Assembly: GCA_013791935.1 (NCBI GenBank)
Contig: VMSV01000196.1
Span: forward strand, 1,745 to 65,744
Source: Desulfobacteraceae bacterium
GTDB taxonomy: Bacteria > Desulfobacterota > Desulfobacteria > Desulfobacterales > UBA5616
DNA length: 64,000 nt
Reading direction: 5' to 3'
In this document: piece by piece, positions 57,989 through 64,000 of the stretch
How the letters are laid out: each line of letters opens with the position of its first letter
Position numbering within the stretch: the first letter of the stretch is position 1
The notes under the pieces: generated by a model
The model's database searches: none
Seen by the model: the letters and a program-made list of their open reading frames with translations, nothing else
Told to the model about the DNA's origin: nothing
Translations under genes and position numbers: made by a program

Positions 57989-59542
57989 TTATCTTTCGAT
58001 GATATCAAACCAAACCGTTCGTTCTTCCTCAAAGGGCGCAGACACCTGCCTTGTTTCCTTCCCGAAAATCATGGTTTTCCGGGATGCCGTGTCATAGGGG
58101 TCCCAGGTTCCGATGCCGCCATGGGAAGGATTGCCGGTTTTAGCAAAAGCCGCCCAGGCATCCATCATCTCCAGGGAGAGTTTTTCAACCCCTGGCCCGG
58201 TTCCGGCGAATTTATCCTGTCCCGGAACCAAATAGGTGCCGAAAACAAAGGGCAAATCCAGGGCATGACAGGCTCCCAAGGCCCCCCTTCGGGCCGGAGA
58301 TTCCCAGGTAAACAAATAACAAAACACGTTGGGCTGATGCTTCACCTGGGCCTCCAGAAGCTTCATGCCGGGAATCCGGAATTTGGAGTCCCCACCGATG
58401 GCATCCAGTATGGCATTGTTGTCAAAACCCAACCCCATTTTCTGCCGGGAGGCTTTATACATGCGGATCATCTTTACAACCCTGTCCGGCGCCACTTTTC
58501 CTTCTCCATCCTTGTCCCGAATGGTTTCTGGAATCTGCTCCATCACCTTTTGAATCAGGGTTCCATCCTCCATGGGCGGCGGATCGGGAACCAGCATTCG
58601 GGTGAAGAGTTTTTCTTCATCCCGATTGTTCCCCACAATCAGTGGAATGTCGGAGGATGACCCGTTCAAAATAGCGTCAATGGGCCGAAGGGGCAGGGAG
58701 GGCGTTTCATACACCGGCACATATCGAAGGCCCGGGCCGGAGGATCTGGCCCCGCCGGTTACTTTGGCCTGAAGATCCACGATCTTTTCAGCAGAAAGGT
58801 CCCACAGGGCGTCAATGGTGTCCACCCCTGCAGTTTTCATAAAAGCCAAGGCCAGGTCATCGGCTTGGGCTTTGGACAGGGCGTTATTGGCTCCCCCGCT
58901 CTGGCAGATGGCTTTTTTGAAAAGGCCTTTGGCGTCGGGCATGGCAAGGAGGGTGGCCACAGCCATGCTCCCTGCGGATTCTCCGAAAATTGTTACATCA
59001 TCCGGATTTCCCCCGAAAGCCGCAATATTTTTCCGGACCCATTGAAGTGCTGCGATCTGGTCCAGTTGCCCGCAATTGGCAATCGCTCCTCGTTTTTCGC
59101 CACCGATGCCGGAAAGGTCTAAATAACCCAGGGCTCCGAGCCGGTAGTTGATGGTCACCAGAACCACATCGTGCCGGGAAAGCAGAGGCCCGCCGTGATA
59201 CATGGGGGTGGTTCCGGAGCCGCCGACAAAGGCTCCTCCGTGAATCCAGAACATCACCGTGCGTTTTTTATCGTCTGCCCCGGGAGTATAGACATTCAGA
59301 TACAGGCAGTCTTCATGGAAGGGGCCTGACGGGGTCATGCCGGGAAGACCCCGGGACTGGGGGGCCGAAGGCCCGTATTTTGAAGCCTCGTAAACCCCGC
59401 TCCAGGCGTCACAGGGTTGGGGGGCGCAGAATCGCAAGGGCCCCACAGGGGGTTTTGCAAAGGGAATCCCCAGAAATTCAACATGCCCTGGTTTATCAAC
59501 GCCTGCGATTTGTCCTTTGTCCGTGGATACGATCACTGCCAT
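57989..59542 (-). CDS. Type-B carboxylesterase
   Basis: FLGIPFAKPP, EDCLYLNV, WIHGGAF, FGESAG, CHALDL. Confidence 0.95.
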   Translation of the reverse strand: MAVIVSTDKGQIAGVDKPGHVEFLGIPFAKPPVGPLRFCAPQPCDAWSGVYEASKYGPSAPQSRGLPGMTPSGPFHEDCLYLNVYTPGADDKKRTVMFWIHGGAFVGGSGTTPMYHGGPLLSRHDVVLVTINYRLGALGYLDLSGIGGEKRGAIANCGQLDQIAALQWVRKNIAAFGGNPDDVTIFGESAGSMAVATLLAMPDAKGLFKKAICQSGGANNALSKAQADDLALAFMKTAGVDTIDALWDLSAEKIVDLQAKVTGGARSSGPGLRYVPVYETPSLPLRPIDAILNGSSSDIPLIVGNNRDEEKLFTRMLVPDPPPMEDGTLIQKVMEQIPETIRDKDGEGKVAPDRVVKMIRMYKASRQKMGLGFDNNAILDAIGGDSKFRIPGMKLLEAQVKHQPNVFCYLFTWESPARRGALGACHALDLPFVFGTYLVPGQDKFAGTGPGVEKLSLEMMDAWAAFAKTGNPSHGGIGTWDPYDTASRKTMIFGKETRQVSAPFEEERTVWFDIIER

Positions 59543-59790
59543 GGCCGGCCTCCTTCTGATCGAGTTTCAAAGATGTATCTTGTTATTTAGCATGGGGGAA
59601 TGGACACTGAATTACGATGGTGATTATGGCATCGAATATCCTTTCAGGCAATTAAAAAAATATCGCCCTAATGTTGCCCGATAGGTTGGCCGATATTAAA
59701 TCTTAATTACCACTTAACCCTTGATGTAAATCACCTGATGCATTAAGGTTTCTCCCTTTAAAGAAAAGAAAACCTCTGGAAACGGAATAC

Positions 59791-62700
59791 ATGAAGGCAA
59801 TCCATAGATCTCAGAAAACCCCGCAGCGTGGCCTGCCTGCCCTGGTTGTTTTGGCAAGTATTCTCGCTGCTGGCGTTTTTTTCATAGGGTGGGTAGCCGC
59901 CCATAAAGATAAGGTGTTAAGGGAGAATTACCTTTTCCAGACACAGCTTATTGGCAAAGCCATAGACCTGGATATGATTCGCACCCTTTCGGGAAGCCCT
60001 ACAGATCTTTCTTCCAAACAATACCTCAAGCTTAAGGATCAACTCGCCCGGGCCAAAACCATCAATGGAGATTGCCGGTTCCTTTATCTCATGGGGAAAA
60101 GGGAAAACGGCGAGGTGTTTTTTTTTGCAGACAGCGAACCCCAAGGGTCGGAGGACGAATCCCCGGCGGGTCAGATTTACCATGAGGTCTCACCCCAATT
60201 TTCAGCCGTGTTAAATCAAAAGATCGCTTTGACAGAAGGCCCTGTCACAGACCACTGGGGAACATGGATCAGCGCTCTGGTTCCCTTGCTGGATCCTAAA
60301 ACCCATGACCTGGTGGCGGTTCTGGGGATGGATTTTTCCGCCAGGGATTTCAGGAAAACCCTTTTCTCAGCCGCACTTCCCCCTTTTCTGGCCACCCTTT
60401 TTGCCCTGGTCGTCCTGATTTTCGGCTCATTGCTTATTCACCAATTCGCTCGTCATGGCCGTGCATTGGCTTTTTATCCCGGGGATTCCAGGTTGATTTT
60501 CATCATCGTGGTGACCGGATTTTTTCTCAGTGGTTCTTCCGCCTGGATTATTCATGAAAAAGTTGCCCGCTCTCGATGCAATACATTTCAGAAATTGGCC
60601 ATGGAAAGAACCGAAGCCATTGCCACGGCATTGGACACCCTGCTTGATCTGGAACTGGAGGCTCTGGCTCGTTTCTATGAAGCCAGTGATTCCGTGAGTC
60701 CGGAAGCGTTTTCCAGTTACACGGATTTTATTTTGAAGAATCCTGCAATCCAGGCCTTGGAGTGGGTTGAACCCGTGACCGATGCCCAAAAGGCAAACTT
60801 CCAGGCTCGGCAACGGGCCGAAGGACAGGCCGGGTTTTCCCTGTGGGAAAGGAACGGGGACGGGGTATCCCGGCCTGCAACGGGAAGAAACCTATACTAC
60901 CCCGTTGTTCGGATCTCTCCCCGGACGGGCAATGAGGAAATTCTGGGCTTTGACCAGGGGTCTGATTTTTTGCGGCGAAAGGTCCTGGAAGAATCCATGG
61001 AAACCGGGCTTCCCGAATGCAGTGAATTCATACCCCTTATCCAGGAAGAGACTCCCACACAAGCCCTTCTGGTTTGTCGGCCTGTTTTCAGTCCGGAATC
61101 GGGCTCAAATCTCAAGGGATTTGCCGTGGGCGTTTTGAGGATTGAGTATCTTCTGAAAATCGCTCTTCAGGATGATGATATGATCTTCAACTTGGTTCCT
61201 GAAACCAGGCTTGCGGTATTGCAAGACTCACAAGACAGCGATCTCCCATCCCCTTCTGAATTTTCCATCCTTCGGCCTGTTTTTATATTTAATAAGGTCT
61301 TTTTTCTATCCGCCACGGCCGGACCGGGGTTTAAAAGGCTATATCCAGTACGGGGGCCTTTCCCGGCGGCTTTCGGAGGAATTGTTTTCACCCTCCTCAC
61401 AGCAACGATGGCTGGAATGATTCTGCGTAAGCGAGGGCAATTGGAAGAAATGGTCTTTGAAAGCACCGAAAAGCTCGATGAGGCGGAAAATAGAATTGAT
61501 CTGGCCATCCATGGCGCGGACCTGGGCATCTGGGATTGGGATATTGAAACCAGCGAACTGGTTTTCAATGAACTCTGGGCGGAAAAACTCGGGTACAACG
61601 CACAAGAGATTCGGCAGACGCTTTTTGACTGGGAAAAATCCGTTCCACCGGAGGATTTGCCCCTTGTGATTCAAGCCATGACCCAATACCTGGAAGGAAA
61701 CTCGGAATTTTTTGAAATGGAGCATCGGTTGATTCCCAAGTCCGGCTCTTCCGTCTGGGTTCTGGTCCGGGGGCGCACCATAAAAAAGAACGATCAAGGA
61801 AAACCCCTTCGAATCTGCGGAACCTATCTGGATATCACCCAACGCAAACAGGCTGAAGAAGATCGGGAGAGCCTCCAATCTCAACTGATCCAGGCACAGA
61901 AGATGGAGGCTGTGGGCCGTCTGGCCGGCGGGGTTGCCCACGACTTGAACAACATGCTTTCCCCCATAATCGGTTATGGTGAAATGCTGGTTGAAGATCC
62001 TGTCCTGGGGGATGATCAAAAGGAATTTGTAAAAGCCATTCTCAGTGCAGGATTTCGGGCCAGGGACATGGTTCGCCAGTTGCTGGCCTTTGGGCGGAAA
62101 CAGACCCTTGAATTCAAGCTCATTAACATGAATAAGACCATTGAAAAATTTGAAAAGCTTCTCAGGCGTGCCATTGCCGAAAACATCGATCTTCAGATCG
62201 TTTTGTCTTCCGTTATTCAGGCTGTGAAAGCAGATCAGGGGCAAATAGAGCAGGTGATCATGAATCTTGTGGTAAACGCAGCCCAAGCCATGCCCGACGG
62301 AGGGGTATTAACCATCAAAACCGGTCCTTTGGAACTGGACGAAGCTTATGCCGACCAACACCCTGATGTGAAACCCGGCCCCCATGTGGTGCTGGCGGTG
62401 AGTGACACGGGCTGTGGCATGGATGAGGCTGTGCGCGAGAAAATATTTGAACCCTTCTTCTCCACCAAGGGAGAGATGGGAACGGGTTTAGGGCTTGCCA
62501 CGGTGTACGGCATCATCAAACAGCATGGCGGGGACATCGGGGTTTACAGCGAACCGGACCGGGGAACCACCTTCAAGGTTTATCTGCCTGTTTCCACGGA
62601 AGATCATGGGATCATCCCGGAGCGACACAACAAGAGGCTGGAGAAGGTTTTTTTCGGGGATGAAACCATTCTGCTGGTGGAAGACAACGATAGCGTTCGT

Positions 62701-63036
62701 CAAATGGTGTTGTCCATTCTTGAGCGACAGGGATACCATGTGCTTCTGGCGGAAAATGGCTCTCGAGCTCTTTCTGTGGCGGCAAACCACCACGGACCAC
62801 TCCATCTACTTCTCACCGATGTGGTCATGCCGGGCATGAATGGCAGGGAGCTTTTTCAAGAAACCCTGAAAACCCGTTTAGATTTAAGGGTTCTCTACAT
62901 GTCCGGGTACGCAGAGGATGTCATTGCCCATCATGGGGTGCTTGATGAAAAAATGGCTTTTATTCAAAAGCCTTTTACGGTTCAGTCGCTATCCGCCAAA
63001 GTAAGGGAAAGACTGGATCAAGATGAAGGCCGGTAA
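59791..63036 (+). CDS. Hybrid histidine kinase (Cache-like, CHASE, PAS, HisKA, HATPase, REC)
   Basis: D.WGTWISA, ALEW.E.V...YYPV...[29 protein letters not shown]. Confidence 0.95.
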   Translation: MKAIHRSQKTPQRGLPALVVLASILAAGVFFIGWVAAHKDKVLRENYLFQTQLIGKAIDLDMIRTLSGSPTDLSSKQYLKLKDQLARAKTINGDCRFLYLMGKRENGEVFFFADSEPQGSEDESPAGQIYHEVSPQFSAVLNQKIALTEGPVTDHWGTWISALVPLLDPKTHDLVAVLGMDFSARDFRKTLFSAALPPFLATLFALVVLIFGSLLIHQFARHGRALAFYPGDSRLIFIIVVTGFFLSGSSAWIIHEKVARSRCNTFQKLAMERTEAIATALDTLLDLELEALARFYEASDSVSPEAFSSYTDFILKNPAIQALEWVEPVTDAQKANFQARQRAEGQAGFSLWERNGDGVSRPATGRNLYYPVVRISPRTGNEEILGFDQGSDFLRRKVLEESMETGLPECSEFIPLIQEETPTQALLVCRPVFSPESGSNLKGFAVGVLRIEYLLKIALQDDDMIFNLVPETRLAVLQDSQDSDLPSPSEFSILRPVFIFNKVFFLSATAGPGFKRLYPVRGPFPAAFGGIVFTLLTATMAGMILRKRGQLEEMVFESTEKLDEAENRIDLAIHGADLGIWDWDIETSELVFNELWAEKLGYNAQEIRQTLFDWEKSVPPEDLPLVIQAMTQYLEGNSEFFEMEHRLIPKSGSSVWVLVRGRTIKKNDQGKPLRICGTYLDITQRKQAEEDRESLQSQLIQAQKMEAVGRLAGGVAHDLNNMLSPIIGYGEMLVEDPVLGDDQKEFVKAILSAGFRARDMVRQLLAFGRKQTLEFKLINMNKTIEKFEKLLRRAIAENIDLQIVLSSVIQAVKADQGQIEQVIMNLVVNAAQAMPDGGVLTIKTGPLELDEAYADQHPDVKPGPHVVLAVSDTGCGMDEAVREKIFEPFFSTKGEMGTGLGLATVYGIIKQHGGDIGVYSEPDRGTTFKVYLPVSTEDHGIIPERHNKRLEKVFFGDETILLVEDNDSVRQMVLSILERQGYHVLLAENGSRALSVAANHHGPLHLLLTDVVMPGMNGRELFQETLKTRLDLRVLYMSGYAEDVIAHHGVLDEKMAFIQKPFTVQSLSAKVRERLDQDEGR

Positions 63037-63118
63037 CCGGGATTCAAGGCTCGAACCAACAGGGATTTATTCCCCATTGTCTTGATTATTTTCGCTGTAT
63101 CTGATTATAAAAATAACC

Positions 63119-63841
63119 ATGATGAATTATAAAAAAATCAAGACCCTGTTCCTGGATGTGGGCAACACTCTCATCTCCATGGATTTCAATTGGATCAGTG
63201 AAAAGCTTTTTGAGCTTGGAATTCCATGTGATCCAGGCGCCATCCAGCGGGCCGAGGCTGCCGCCCGCCCGGGGTTGTCTGCAAAAATCCATGAATCCGG
63301 AAATGATCCGGGATTCAATACCCGGGCGTTTTTTTTCTCCAACCTCCTGGAAAACCTGCCCATGGAAGCCCGGATGACCGTTGAATCCATTGAACCCATG
63401 GCCCAACGACTGATTATAGACCTTTTCCCTGAAGGCAGCGCCCTGGGGTTATGGTCCCATGTTTTGCCAGGAACCCATGAGGCCCTGGAAAGATTTCAAG
63501 CCATGGGATTTCCCATGCATGTCATCAGCAACTCGGACGGCACGGTTGAAAAACAGCTCATCCAAACCCGGCTTCGGTCGTTTTTCGGTGAGGTGATCGA
63601 TTCATGGGTGGTTAAGGTTGAAAAACCCGATCCCCGAATCTTTGAGATGGCCCTTGAAATGGCCGGATGCAATGCCGAGGATGCCCTTTATGTGGGGGAT
63701 ATCTATCATGTCGACATTCTGGGGGCTCAGTCCGCGGGGATGCAGGCGGTTTTGCTCGACCCTTATTCGGACTGGGGGGACATTCCCTGTGAGCGGGTTC
63801 AGAATCTGACGGCCTTGGTGGGGCGGTTTCTTGAGGAATAG
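63119..63841 (+). CDS. HAD-IA family hydrolase
   Basis: LDVGNTL, ISNSD, EKPDPRIF, YVGDIY.VDI.GA. Confidence 0.92.
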   Translation: MMNYKKIKTLFLDVGNTLISMDFNWISEKLFELGIPCDPGAIQRAEAAARPGLSAKIHESGNDPGFNTRAFFFSNLLENLPMEARMTVESIEPMAQRLIIDLFPEGSALGLWSHVLPGTHEALERFQAMGFPMHVISNSDGTVEKQLIQTRLRSFFGEVIDSWVVKVEKPDPRIFEMALEMAGCNAEDALYVGDIYHVDILGAQSAGMQAVLLDPYSDWGDIPCERVQNLTALVGRFLEE

Positions 63842-63931
63842 TGATGAGTGATGAGTGATGAGTGATGAGTAATGGGTGATGAGTAATGAGTGAGGAGTGA
63901 GGAGTTAGGAGTGAGGAGTTAGGAGTGATGA
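63841..63931. repeat. Heptamer tandem repeat (GTGATGA/GTGAGGA/GTTAGGA) x13
   Basis: 13 consecutive 7-bp units beginning at the HAD stop codon. Confidence 0.9.
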
Positions 63932-64000
63932 AAACCATAAGCGTGCTTGTGAACCATTTATGACAAAACGCCCCGTAACATTTACCTACATTGTTTTTTA

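Noticed and set aside
35618-63938. Many antisense or overlapping ORFs (e.g. 53470..54420, 61339..62286, 63612..63938)
   Set aside because: Shadow frames of well-supported genes or translation of the heptamer repeat; no motifs or RBS.

Overview
Bacterial window, by gene content probably a Desulfobacterota/deltaproteobacterium (inference). About 1-34.4 kb is an accessory region and about 34.7-64 kb is ordinary metabolic/signalling chromosome. The accessory part, left to right: (i) the end of an integron cassette array (Ser/Thr kinase cassette, unknown cassette, two attC sites, the second interrupted by an ORF-less group IIC-attC intron); (ii) an AT-rich convergent six-gene module (two membrane proteins + radical SAM facing adenine MTase-HAD phosphatase-atypical MTase, no nuclease); (iii) a PICI/P4-like satellite core (tyrosine integrase, regulator, AlpA-like gene, lambda-type cosQ/cosN site, D5/P4 helicase, iteron origin, tiny scaffold-like peptide, stand-alone S49 head protease; no capsid, portal or terminase) ending at a 3' tRNA-Leu(CAA) att fragment; (iv) an integrase remnant, a tRNA-Phe 3' fragment and three type II TA pairs; (v) a TPR gene coupled to a Wadjet/MksBEFG-like operon; (vi) a cytidylyltransferase/U32-like/ComB/GT29 sialyltransferase operon. 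The best candidates for undescribed systems are the satellite packaging module, the rSAM/MTase/HAD module and the GT29 operon. All family assignments come from motif reading by eye; no database searches were run.
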